A DNA stretch of 64,000 nucleotides from Hyaloraphidium curvatum SAG 235-1 (lineage: Eukaryota; Fungi; Monoblepharomycota): assembly GCA_025558095.1 (NCBI GenBank), contig JAIVFI010000032.1, positions 186,001-250,000 on the forward strand, given 5' to 3'. The notes beneath the pieces were generated by a model. The model saw nothing but the letters and a program-made list of their open reading frames with translations. It was not told where the DNA came from and did not search any database. Of the stretch, positions 51,207-63,085 are shown piece after piece. Within the stretch, counting starts at the first letter, position 1; each line of letters opens with the position of its first letter. Made by a program: the position numbers and the translations under genes.

Positions 51207-54200
51207 CTAGGGGTTCGAGCCGATCTTGAACTTCAGAACGAGTTTCGGGGGAGCAGACGCCGTCGCCGCCGCCGCCCGCGCTGCGGGGGGAACATCCGCC
51301 GGAGGCGCTTTCGACGGCTTGGGTGGCGGAATGTTTTTGACCTCCAGCTTGCGTTGCTTCATCTGAGTGAGGTAGTGCCTCTTGAGGTTGCTGGCCCGTG
51401 TGTTGCCAACGGTGCCCTTCTTGTTGTAAGTGAGACTGTGTGCAGATCATTAGCACATCACCCGGTGGCGATCCTCCGCTCTGAAGAACACTTACGCGTT
51501 GACGAACAGGAGCTGCACGTCGGCATCGAACTCGGCGGGAGTCGGGTATTGACCGCTGTCCAACCTTTCTCGAATCTCCTTCAACGAGATTGGCGTCTGT
51601 AGACATTCTCTAGGTCCATCCAAACATGTAATGCGGATCCGGAGCTCACCTCGACAACGGAAAGATAGTCCGTGAAGAAATCAAGCGGGACGGGCTCTCG
51701 GAACCACTCGGAGTTCTCGTTGCGCTCCAGACCTTCAAGCACCTCATTCATCAGCTCGAACGGAGTCTTCGCCGGTGCGGGCGGCTTCGGAACTGCTGCC
51801 TTTTTCGGTGTCAGGCTGCCTTTCGCGGCCGTCGCGGTGGGCGGAGTAGCAGCAGGTTCCGCAACGGGCAACGGTGCGACTATGGTCGAGGAAGCGCCAG
51901 CGACGGCCGGCACGGAATGAGAGTCCGTGCTCGGCGCAAAAGATGGAGGCGTCACGGGCGCCGGCGCCGCTGTCGACACCTGAGCAACCGGTAAGGGCGC
52001 GGTGGCAGAGCCGACAGCAATGCCAACGGCGGCGGGGAGGGCATGAGAGTCAACGCTCGATAGCAAAGGCCCTGAAGCGGCGCCCTGTGCTTCCAAAGTG
52101 ACGGGAACCGCGGCGCTAACACTCCCCACGCCAGTTGTTGCGATCGTGTCGGAAGCGGCGCCCGTGACTCGGACAGCAGCCTCTGCCAACCCTGGTCGGG
52201 ACGCCTCCCCAACCCTGTCGCCAGGAACTCCGTTCAAAGGGCGCACCAGAGACTGGGCAGAGCTCTCGGCGCCGGCTGGCAGGCCCGGTGAGACGGCTAG
52301 AGCGTCTGTCAGCGGGCGAGAGCCCGCATTGTTCCCGCCGGGTGCATTCCCGAAATCTTCGGAGCCTGGAATTGAAAGTCCCTCGAGCCCTAGTCCTTTG
52401 CTGACGGTGACCGCTTCCGCAGAAGGCAATTGGACCCGTTGAGGCGATTCCGCCAACGGCTGTGCTGGCAGAGACCCAGTCGAAGGCGAAGCAGCGGGCA
52501 CCGAATGGGCCAGAAGAGTCGCGTCCTTCGGACCTTCAGACGCTCCATTTGCAGGAACGAATGCAGGGCGCAAAGCCCCCTCCGGCCTTTGAGCCCCAAG
52601 AAAAGAACCCAGTCCAGCCTGACGCATCGCTTCGCGGAAGGCCTTCTCCACAATCACCGTGTCCTTGTGTGTCATCGACTCCACTGCGTTGAACAAGTAG
52701 GAGTTGGAGAAAACGAGCTCCATGTCCGCAACGAACGAAGAGACGTCTGGATATGCCAGGGAGTCCAAGTTCTTGCGGATGGTGCCAAAATCCATCGGCT
52801 GCTTGACCACGTTGAAGTAGGTCGGAATTCCTTCCTTCTCGGGATCTACGGGGTTCCGGAACCAACGGGAGCTTTGCTTCTTGACCAAATTGCTCAGAAT
52901 CGTCCTGCACTTGCGCAGTTCTGGCGAGAGCGTGCCCGAAGTCCCCGGTCGCTCGTCGATCCCATCGCCGTCCGCAACTTGGAGGTCAAGGAGACGCTTG
53001 GTGTTAGCCAACGTTGACGGCAGCTCAAGACCAAGCCCAGCGTAAAACGCGGGGGCAGCGTTCCGATAGTAGATCTTTTCCAGCTGCTTAGCAGCCTGGT
53101 AGACACCGCTGAACTCCTGATTGTACTGGTAGCAGTTCCTGAAGATCAATTGCACGTCCTGGTCGAGCTTCCGCGCCTCGTTTCGATAGCGGCCGCTGCG
53201 CAACTTGCCCTCGATCGTCTGCAAATCCATGGGCTGCTTGATGATGACCAGGTAGGATGCCGCAGCTTCCGGGTACGCAACCTCGATTGGAAACTTGAAT
53301 GCCTCGGACCACGGAGAATCGTGCAGGGTCTGCAGCAACTGGAGCCCCTTCTCGAGAAACGTGGTTTCGGGCGGATCCGTCGGCGAAGCGGCGCGATGAT
53401 GGCGTGAAGGCAAAGATGCACCACTGTGCTGGGTTGGCGGACGATACTTGTACTGATTGGCCAGAGCAATCGCGATTGCGGTCGCGTTGGGTTCGTAGAC
53501 AGCCTCGCAGAATCGCAGAAGCGAGTGCCGGATCCGAATGTCCACGGTAAGGTGGTCGTCCAGCAGCGCCCACACGGTGGCCTGGAGCCGCCGATCCCGA
53601 TGGATCTTCTGGCGTACCGCGTCGAGGACGACCCTAGGAACCTGGGACAAGAGCTGGGCGAGTGAAGCCCCGTCTTGTGACATGGCAACGGTGTCACTTG
53701 AACTAGACGGAGCTGCGTGCTCCGCCTCGGGATCGCCGGATCTCGAAAGATAAAGCGCGTAATATGCCATACTGCGCGCAACGTGGTACCGTACGAACGG
53801 AACAGAGTCGCAAGCTATGGTGAGCAGGAGGTAGTTTGAAACGGAGGGCACCGACAATCCCCCAAGCAAAAGAAGCGCGTCAAAGGCCGCCATCCTTAGT
53901 CCGACAAAGTGCCCGTAAGATGTCCAGTTCAGAAAGGGGTGGAAATCGACGGGATAAATGCCGCCCAGCATGACCAAGACCGCGGCTTTGACGCAGGCCA
54001 CGCTGATCACGTTCTGGTAGCTCGGTAACGCCTGATCGAGAGCTTGGAGGTTGCGGAGCTCCACCAACGTATCCCGGAAGAAAGCTACTTCCTCGGGATT
54101 CATTGCGCGATCCCACTTCGCGGCCGCGGCCGACCGAGCATAAGCGTTTTGCACTCGCTGGTTCTCGTCGTCATCTTCGCCCAAGCTTTCGAAAGCGGCC

Positions 54201-57200
54201 TGCACGGGGTTCGACTCCTCATCCAGGTTGCCAGTGTCAATATCCGGAGTCGCCTGCGCAGCGGCGATCGCCTGAACCAAGAAACCGAGGAGGCAGCTAT
54301 CGTCATATGACTCCGCGGCGCGATCTCGAGACCTTAGCTGTTCCAGGAGAAGGGCCCTCCGCTCGGACTGCAGACGAGGATCGTCCGGCCGAGCGGATGC
54401 GATGGCCCCTAGCAGTCCTTTATGAACGAAGTACCCCGCGATGTCCTGCACACCTGCAAGCCGAGGTATGTTCCTTCCGGAACGGCCACCTGATCCTGGG
54501 AAGCAAAAGAGATCTCTGAACACCGATGCCAACGCCTCGAACGCACGGCGACCCTGGGGAGTCCGTCCGCTCGCTATCCGGGCCAGCGACCGTCCGGCTT
54601 CGACCCTGACACCATGGAAGGCGGAGTGATTCTTGATCGTCCGCGCGAGGACATCCACCGTGTGCGGCCCGTCCGACGATGCCAATGCCTTGACAGCCTC
54701 CAGCTGGGCGTTGATGTCCCGATCTTTGCTCAGTTGTGCCTCCCACATGATGCCGTTCTGGACGTTCTCCTTCACACACAGCCATTCATTGTCCGGGTCC
54801 AGCCGAATCCAATCGAACCCTTCGTCGAGACCACCCGAGTCATCCATGTCCACGTCGAGCGCCTCGCGACCTCGCATAGCCTCCACATTCGCGTTCGCAT
54901 TCCCAGGCTGCACGCTGCGAGCCCCGGGGGCCTCTCTCTGCACTTTCCGGGACCGGCTGTGATATTGCAGCTCAAAGTTCTGCTCAACGTCATCGATCTG
55001 GATGTCCGTATCGAACGTTCCAGCAGGTTCGTGTGCGCGGATCGTGAAGGCGCCAGAGAAAGCGCGCGTTGCCGCGGCGTTCCCCGCCTGGTAGCTCCGG
55101 TTTGACTGCAGCATCTGTACCTCCACGACCTGCTTCCGCCGATTCAACTGGAACTTGAACTGCAGGCACGGCATCCCGGAGCCATGTATCCACTGCGTCG
55201 AGAATTCCTTGACGTCGACCGTCCCGGCAAACGTCTTGCACTGCTTCAGAAAGTGCTGGGTTCCGAGACCTTCGGGAAGATCTCCAGATGTGTGCTCGAG
55301 GAGGATGTGTGCAAGTGTCTTTTGTAGGACGCCCTTGCCCAAGCGCTTGTCCAGCATGGACAGCACCAGGGCTCCCTTGACTTCGAGCAGCAACGCACGG
55401 ACATCCGCCGATTCGAACTCGTTGTGGAAGACCTCCAGGACATCCGCTCGCATGCCGCTGCCGCCGTGCACGATATCTGTCGGCAGCAAACCAAACACGT
55501 CGCGGGTGTATGACGGCAGAGGGCACAGGGGTAGTTGATGCACGTCGAGCTGCGTGGCAAGTTCGGCGGCCTGCACGAAAGTTGGTTCCTTCTCAGACGA
55601 AGGCACAACATCGATTACCCACCGCCCGCATCCGAGCCTTGTATCCGGCGATACCAAACTGAGATGCCAGAAAGAGGTGCGACATGTAGGTAGTGACGGC
55701 AACGAACAACCAGGTATCGTTCCTGAGTGAATGGGGCGTTCAGAAAGGAACCACCGGGTTCCAGTTCAAGCACCAACCACGCCCGCGGGGCTAGATAGTG
55801 TCCGAACCACTGCTGCGCCAGAGAACGTGACAAGAGAGCTCGCGTCTCGTACGTTTGCTCAATCGCTCCGTCCGGCACCAGCAAATGGCTTCCAAGGATC
55901 ACGATCGTAGCCCCGACCTTGACGGGCACGAAAACGTTCTCGACCGCAACAACCTTGAACGACGAGTACGGGTAGGAGGAGGTAAGATACTCGTTCACGA
56001 AGAAGTCGAGGGCCTATGTGCGGACATCATCAGCCAGATTTCGGAGAGGCTCGAGGCCGCTTACATCGCCCAGGAATCTCAGATCAGTACTACCGTCCTG
56101 CGATCTGCCGGGGAGAACAAACAGCGTTCCGCCCGAGTCCAACGGTTGTCCTGCATCGTCGGTGCCGGCCTCCAAATGTCTGGGCTTCGCCTTCCAACCG
56201 TTGATGCTGTGAGCTTCGAACGGGCCGACAGCGAAAGCGATGCTGCGCGCAGATATTGGCGCAGGAACGCTGTAATGGACGACCTTGAGCCGAGAGTCCG
56301 ACGGGTGCACCAGCTGTTCCAAAAGATCGCCCGAACACACAACGACGGTGTCATGGGTCTCTAAATCGGCACCTGAACGGGTACTCAAGCTATGATTGGC
56401 CGTCTGGCGTTTCATCACCCACCGTTGTACCGCTCCACGGTTCGCGGAACCACAAACTCCAAATCCCACGTCCCCTTATCCCTTAGATTGTCGAGACAGG
56501 GCATGATGCTCCGCAGATCCGAGGAATGGGCGTGTGCCCATCTGTATGGGAACCGAATGTGGTCCGCGGTAGCAAAGTGGAGCCCAGACTGAGGGTTTGC
56601 GAGCTCAAAGGAGACACCTATGCGGAGGGTCGCAAATCCCATCCCTAGAGCCGCGAAACTTGCAGATTGAACGTCATCGGGCAGCTGCGTGGCACTCAAC
56701 GAGTCGGCAGCAGTCGCAGAGGGCTCGGGAGGAGGTGCAGCAGCCGTTGCCGATGGCCCAGCGGCAGGAGACGTGACAACGGGATCCTCTCTGTCATTGG
56801 CTCCATCGCCCTGGACAACAGTTCCATCGAGCTGTGAAATGGGCTAATCAGAACGAACGGCTTCTCTGAAAACCACCAGCGTCCACCCACGCTCCGCAGT
56901 TGGTGTCCTTCGGGCAAGTTCACCACCAACTCCCCGTCGTCCGCGTCTTCCAACGCCTCCACAAACAGCTTTCGAAACTCGGGGTGAAACGTAGCATCCT
57001 TGCGGTCGCGCTCGTAGGTGGGAATGATCCTCGTGAGGGGATCGTTGTAGGTGAAGGTCGCTTCCAACCCGTCGATGGTAGCCCCTGTGACCGCTGCCAC
57101 ACAGCTCAACGGCGCCAATGTGCTGCGGATATGGGATCCTCACTGCATTGCCGACAATTCACTCGAATGTCGGAGAAGCCAGATCGGGTCGGTTCGACCA

Positions 57201-57481
57201 CGAGCTCGACGTGCCCCTTCGGGCAACAACACGTCAAATGGCCGTCGGCACAGACTGCGCGGCTACCGGACCTTGACGATGCGGTGGCTGAGGTCAATCT
57301 CCAGGTGTACAGACGTGTGCCTTGTGGAGTTCACGAAGCATAGGGAGACAACAGCCGGAGGCGGAGGCGCGAAAGGTGTCAGGCTCTCGCGGCCTCGCAC
57401 CCGCGCAGCCAAATGAGAAACTCATAGGACTACTGGATTCGAAAGGCGCGGTGGCGCGAATCCCGGCACATCGCGCTCCAT
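51207..57481 (-). CDS. TAF2: TFIID subunit 2 (M1 aminopeptidase-like fold) fused to three bromodomains
   Basis: HLEIDL, IRVNCRQC, MPCLDNL..KGTWDLEF, IAFAVGPF, YPYSSFKVV, LAQQWFG, QWIHGSG, WIRLDPDNEWL, QLSKDRDINAQLEA; three bromodomains (PMDL...YN, PMDF...FN, PISL...YN). Start is uncertain. Confidence 0.93.
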
Positions 57482-57671
57482 GCAGAGTGCGGTTCTGTCG
57501 TGGGTGTCGGACGAGGGTTGAGACGTCTCACTCCGACGGGTTCGTGGACTCTGATGATCAAACGGACTCGTCAGCCATTCTGGACAAAATGAAGAGCCTG
57601 AGCAGCGGATCTCGGATCGGATCTGCCACAAAAGAGATGCAGCCCCCAGACCTGCTGCCAAAGGACAGGCT

Positions 57672-58155
57672 GATGTAGATGTAGATGTAGATGTAATGTG
57701 CAACTTCAAGCTCTGCTATATACAAGCTTTGGCTCTTACACGATGTAGATCGTTAGTAGATTGCTATCGGATCAATGTTGTCCTCAATAACGTCTCCCTG
57801 CTCGACCATCCCCCTCAAAGCAGGCATTGCCCGTCTTGCCCTGATGCCTTGTAGATAAATGTGCCGGCGGCCTCCAAGATCCGTCTCCTCCGCCAGAAGG
57901 TCTCCTTCTCCTCGCAGAACTTCACCTCTTCGTCGTTCCTCAACATCCATATGACCGTCTCCAGGTTCCAGCATCGCCCAAGCTCTCTGGTCCGGGTTTG
58001 ATGGGGTTGCTGGAAGGGTCCTAGCTAGCTCTCTTGCCGCATCTCAGTGTGCAATTAGCTTGCAACCTTGTGGATCATCCAAATGTCTGCTGCAATCAAA
58101 TGTCTGTTGGATTGCATAGGAAGATTGTGGGACTGGTGCCGTGAGTTGCCCACCA
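57672..58155 (-). mobile_element. 3' remnant of a LINE-like element with (TACATC)4 tail
   Basis: (GATGTA)4 at 57672-57695, preceded on the minus strand by a short UTR and the ORF remnant 57753-57974; low GC and CpG-poor. Confidence 0.45.
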
Positions 58156-58159
58156 ACCC

Positions 58160-59580
58160 CTAAAAAGGATAGTTTAGGTGACCTGGATCTGCTCCTCGCT
58201 TGGCCACTATTACACCATGAGTTTGCCGCTGATTGCCAAGTTCATCAACGTCGTGCATCCTTTTCATTTTCCCCATTTTCTGTCGTTCCTGGACTTTGAG
58301 ATGACTGGCAGAGTTGAGGGCCTTCTCCTTCTGCCGCCTCAGTTTGATGGTGGGCACAAACTCCTTGATGCTAAGAGCCCAGAGCCAAGTCTCCATGTTC
58401 CACTCGCAGCCCAGTGCTTCCAGTCTGGTCTGCAGCTTCTGGCGCCGCTCTGCGTCGCTTTGCATTTGCTCATCAGTGGAACAGTAACAGAAAATGCTGT
58501 TCATCTCCAATGTGCTCAAGGTCGTGTTTGCACATCCTTCTGCTGCACCTCAAATCCTTGGTGCCTGCCAGTCTCCTCCTCCAGGTCGAGAGAGGAATAG
58601 AATAGTATTGGTGACCCGGACCTGCCCCTGGCTTGGCCGCTGTTACACCATGAGTTTGCTGCTAATTGCAAAGTTCATCGTCGTCGTGTGTCTTTTTCGC
58701 TGTTTTGATGCGCATGAGGAACTTGAGTGCCGACTCGTGGTCATGAACTGCGTGATCGCATACAGACAGGCCAGGGAGGTAGACTTGGGCAGATGAGTGA
58801 CGGCACGAAGAGCCATGCATGTCACTTTGTCCCTGGTGCTTTCCCCGGCAAGGTACTCCTCCTTCGGCATCTCAACAATGAACGGGTTCCCATATTGGCC
58901 CACTGCCTTGACCTTTGTGTTGTAGAGCTTGAGCTGGAGGTCAGGACTCATCCCAGGCTGCTCCCTGATGTCACGGAGCCAGAGCCCATAAGCAGCGTTC
59001 ATCTTGGCCTCTCTGCCATGCACATGGTCCTTGCTCCGGCCGGTTGAGGTCAGCTGATACCCCAGAAGCTTGAAGCTGTCAACCCTCTTCAGCTCCTGGT
59101 CCCTGTACATGAGCTTTACACGGTGAGGTATCCTCCTGGCCATCCACTCTGTCTTGCTGACGTTGATCTCCAGCCCATTGGCACTGGCATATGCAGACAG
59201 AAGATCCAGCTGCATCTTGGCATCCTTCACCGTCTTCGAGATCAAAGTGGTGTCGTCTGCGAAGAACAGAGCTAGCAAGCTGACCATCCTCTCCTGATCC
59301 TCTTCCTCCTCAGACACCATGCCCAGATCCATCCCTTTTGCACCATTGGCCTCCATGAAAGCAGTGATGTCGTTGATGAACAAGATGAAGAACAGCGACG
59401 AGAGAGGGTCCCCCTGCTTCACTCCGGTCAGGAACTTGATGAAGTCTGACTTGGTCCCGTCTTCATCCCGGAGCCGTCCCCACACGCGCCCGAACGCCAT
59501 CTCGAACATGTCAACAACCTGTTTGGGTACTCCCATCTCCTCCAGCTTCTGCCATAACCTGGGGCGCTCCACCGTGTCAA
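58160..59580 (-). mobile_element. 5'-truncated, decayed non-LTR retrotransposon (RT plus C-terminal zinc-knuckle region; RTEX/Crack/L2-like)
   Basis: TGVKQGDPLSSLFFILFINDI, LFFADD, GLEINVSKT, FKLLG; downstream EETGR...C...IGDEQHFL; 3' UTR is a diverged version of the short repeats. Confidence 0.9.
58595..58698 (-). repeat. Short LINE 3'-end copy with (TATTC)n tail, inserted in the older LINE of the same family
   Basis: gaatagaatagtattggtgacccggacctgcccctggcttggccgctgttacaccatgagtttg..., identical to the copy at 59710. Confidence 0.9.
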
Positions 59581-59709
59581 AAAGTTTTGGAGAGCAGACA
59601 TGACAGCAAACTCGCGGGACATTTTGGGGTCAAGAAAACACTGGAACTCGTGGAAAGAGACTTCTGGTGGCCCAAAATGAAGAAGTTCGTGGAGGCATAC
59701 GTGACGATC

Positions 59710-59902
59710 TAATAGAATAGTATTGGTGACCCGGACCTGCCCCTGGCTTGGCCGCTGTTACACCATGAGTTTGCTGCTAATTGCAAAGTTCATCGTCGTC
59801 GTGTGTCTTTTTCATTTTCCCAGTTTTCCTGTCCTTCATGGACTTTGAGATGAAGCTGGCAATGGAGTTGAGGGCCTTCTCCTTCTGCCGCCTCGCTTTG
59901 AT
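59710..59902 (-). repeat. LINE 3'-end copy inserted in the Gypsy integrase with a 10-bp target-site duplication
   Basis: CGTGACGATC at both 59700-59709 and 59903-59912 flanks a 193-bp fragment with a TATTC tail. Confidence 0.9.
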
Positions 59903-61121
59903 CGTGACGATCGCGACATGTGACACTTGCCAAAGAAGCAAAGCGAATCGTCACAAGCCCTACGGAGAACTTCAGCCTTTGGGGGTACCGTAGAGAAACT
60001 GGTCATCAATCTCAATGGATTTCATTGTAGAACTACCTGAGTCTGAGGGCAGAACGTGCATTCTCACAGTTGTAGACAGACTCTCCAAACAAGCGCACTT
60101 TCTGGACTTCAAGAAGCTGCCTGTCAGATTTGGAAGAGACGGCAAAGAAGTTCCTGAAGCACGTTTTCAAAGAGCATGGATTCCCTGATGAGATCATTTC
60201 GGACAGAGGCACCCAGTTTTTGTCAAAGTTCTGGAACCGTCTCATGGAGCTGTGTGACGTGAAGGTGAAAATGTCCACATCTTTTCACCCACAAACAGAT
60301 GGACAGTCTGAAATCGTCAACCAGACTCTGGAGCAGTACCTCAGAGCGTTTGTGAACTACGATCAGGACAACTGGAGAGAGCTCTTGCCTCTGGCGGAAT
60401 TTGCATACAACAATTCCATCCATGCATCAACGAGAATGACGCCATTCTTTGCAAACTACGGCTGTCATCCGAAGTTTGACGTGAAAGCAGCAAAGGACAA
60501 GGTGGTGCCAAAAGCTGAAGAGCTGGTTGTCAAATTGAGAGAGATCAACGACATCCTGAAGGAAGAACTTCAGCAGGCCCAGGAGGACCAGAAGAAGTTT
60601 GCAGACAGGAAACAGACAGAATTTCCGGAGCTGAAGGAGGGAGACAAAGTCTGGATTCGGACAAGGAACATCAAAACGAACGACGAGGCCGCAAAGAAAC
60701 TGGACTACAAGAAGATTGGACCGTACCCAGTGGAACGGAAGGTGTCTGCAGTTGCCTACAAAGTGAAACTGCCACCTGTTAACACCACCGGACGTGAAGA
60801 TCCACCCAGTCTTGCATGTGAACCTGCTGGAGCCTCACAAGGACGATCCGATCCAGGGGAGAAAGTCAGCAACCCCCACCAGCACCTGTTGTCGTGGAAG
60901 AGGAGGAACGTTGGGATGTCAAGGAACTCTTGGATGTCCGAAAGAGAAGGAGGAAGTTGGAATTCTTCGTTGATTGGCAAGGATTTGGCATTGAGGACAG
61001 ATCTTGGATTCCAGCATCGAACATTGACTCTGTGTTGATTGATGAATGAGTTCTTTGAGAAACATCCAGAAAAGCGGCAGTTCGCGAATTGAGGTCAATT
61101 CGCAAGTGAGAAAGGGGATGA

Positions 61122-61305
61122 TGTGAGGACTAGCCCTATCTGTGACTTAGTTGGGAGCGCTAGCGTGCAGCCTAGAGGCGATGCGCACAAACCCTTGTAC
61201 CTCACCGATTCTCACTACAATTACCCTTCGCCGCCTTGAGCCTCGCTCGGTCCTGCTACGCCCTCTAGCAGCACCCTAGGCCAGGATCTGCCCCCGATCC
61301 TGACA
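61122..61305 (+). repeat. 3' LTR of the Gypsy element (184 bp)
   Basis: Follows purine tract gagaaaggggatga; begins TGTGAGGA and ends TCCTGACA (7/8 inverted match, TG...CA). Confidence 0.75.
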
Positions 61306-61895
61306 GGTGCTTGCCGCCTCTCCTGGCACGCACGGCAATGCGGGCCACATGCTGCTTTCATTGTGAAAAGACGCATTGGAAGATGGCGACGTGGGAACCC
61401 TGGCACAATTCGACGAAGTCGCTAGCTCCACCAAACTCCGCTCCCTCCTTCCCGAATCTCCGTTTCCGCCCATTCACTCGGCCTTCTACCGCACACGTTT
61501 GCTTGCCCTACCTGCGTGCCGTACACGAAGATATGTGCCATGCTTTCCCGAAATGGAAGGATTCCACGAACAGTAAAGCAAGCGAGTCACTCATGAACTC
61601 TGCCTGCTTGCCCCCGGGCTTACCTCTTGAAGCTTTGTCGATTGTTTTGTTATCGAGGCCACGACAATCAGCGGATTGACCTTGGAGTCCGCAACTTCAT
61701 GGAGATGCTCTTGGAGGTTGGGACTAGCGGGCACCAGTAGTGTCTATGTGAGGTAGTGGCACTTGGCATTCACAGGCCAACACCTCGTAGTTCCAGGGTC
61801 CAAACAAACCTGATGATCTGCTCTCCCTGATCCTGTGACATGTGAGGATCCTCACTTGTGGTTGCCCCCTGTGTCGGTTGGGTGTGTCTGAGGCT

Positions 61896-62384
61896 ATAGA
61901 ATAGAGAATAGTATTGGTGACCCGGACCTGCCGCTGCCTTGGCCGCTGTTACACCATGAGTTTGCTGCTAATTGCAAAGTTCATCGTCGTTGTGTGTCTG
62001 TTTTCCTGTCCTTATTCATGGACTTTGAGATGAAGCTGGCAATGGAGTTGAGGGCCTTCTCCTTCTGCCGCCTCGCTTTGATCGTGGGCTCGAACTCCTT
62101 GATGCTAAGAGCCCAGAGCCAGGTCTCCATGTTCCACTCGCGGCCTAGTGCTTCCAATCTAGTCTGCAGCTGCTGGCGCCGCTCCGCATTTGCTGAACAG
62201 TCTGCCACACAGGAGAAGGCCCTCAACTCCATTGCCAGCTTCATCTCAAAGTCCATGAAGGACAGGAAAACTGGGAAAATGAAAAAGACACACGACGACG
62301 ATGAACTTTGCAATTAGCAGCAAACTCATGGTGTAACAGCGGCCAAGCCAGGGGCAGGTCCGGGTCACCAATACTATTCTATTC
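61896..62384. repeat. Head-to-head pair of LINE 3'-end copies forming a long inverted repeat
   Basis: Arm 61905-62063 is the reverse complement of 62211-62384, apart from a small indel and substitutions; 147-nt spacer; TATTC tails point outward at both ends. Confidence 0.92.
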
Positions 62385-62687
62385 AAGACCTATATCAACG
62401 GGACCATGGTGTTCCCACCTGGCAATGGATACACAGAGAGGTCTAGGCCATTGTGAGGACATGACAGAGGAGCAGTTCCCTGGTGTTAGACCACTGGACT
62501 AAAGAGAAGGTACCACGTTTCTGGCCCAAGTGGTCTGACGTCTAAGAGCATGCCACACATAGGGAGCCATCACCTGGCATGTTGCGTGACCTACAGCTGG
62601 TGGTTCAGTGGTTGCCCTAGGCTACGTGTCTTGCATCCGAGACCTCCAACCAAACGACTAGGATTCTTGCGGCGGGTGTGTGGCTCT

Positions 62688-62911
62688 TGTTGGAATGGAT
62701 CGTTGCTACGATTCTGTATCAATAGGGAGTCTATTGGCGTGTGGGGATACTTGGGTACGACCGGAGGGGTCATCTAGGGACTTGTCATCGCAAGGGAATG
62801 GACAACGGGTCAACGTGAAACTGTCCCTCTCCCCATCCCGTCCATCTGAGTTCTGACCCGGTTCAGACCACTGGGGCTACGTCTTCCCCACGCCCCATAG
62901 CCACTCCAACA
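62688..62911 (+). repeat. 5' LTR of a Ty1/Copia element (224 bp)
   Basis: TGTTGGAATGG...CCACTCCAACA (10/11 inverted), immediately followed by GGTCTATGAGCCC, which resembles the GGTTATGAGCC primer-binding site of fungal Copia elements. Confidence 0.88.
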
Positions 62912-63085
62912 GGTCTATGAGCCCAAAGGGTGTCCAGAACACTTTTGCGCGGCTTTGAAGTTGCGTGTGGCGCAACCAGCCGAGGGGACCGCATCCAGCT
63001 GAGTCTGGTCTCCAGGACCGCCTGGGTGGACTCAGTGGGCGCTAGAAAGAGCGCGTGAAGCACTAGAGGTGCTGCGGCGGCCGGG

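Larger units (their letters stand above)
59581..61305 (+). mobile_element. Decayed Ty3/Gypsy chromovirus 3' half: integrase, chromodomain, PPT and 3' LTR
   Basis: HDSKLAGHFG...C..C zinc finger, ISMDFI, VVDRLSK, IISDRGTQF, HPQTDGQSE, GPY, chromodomain (WDVKELLD...FFVDWQGF...SW); contains stops and frameshifts. Confidence 0.95.

Noticed and set aside
61805-61860. CTGATGA as a possible hammerhead ribozyme core (also 57551-57557)
   Set aside because: No appropriately placed GAAA and no closing stems.
61306-61895. Sequence after the Gypsy LTR as a PBS or second element
   Set aside because: No PBS or recognisable ORF; appears to be degenerate, unassignable sequence.
58595-62384. Recurrent identical ~100-bp sequence considered as a CRISPR-like or satellite array
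   Set aside because: Spacing is irregular, lengths vary, and the unit is the 3' end of the LINE ORF and UTR.
61896-62384. Interpretation as a DNA-transposon MITE with TIRs
   Set aside because: The arms are LINE 3' ends with microsatellite tails; no TSD or transposase-type termini.
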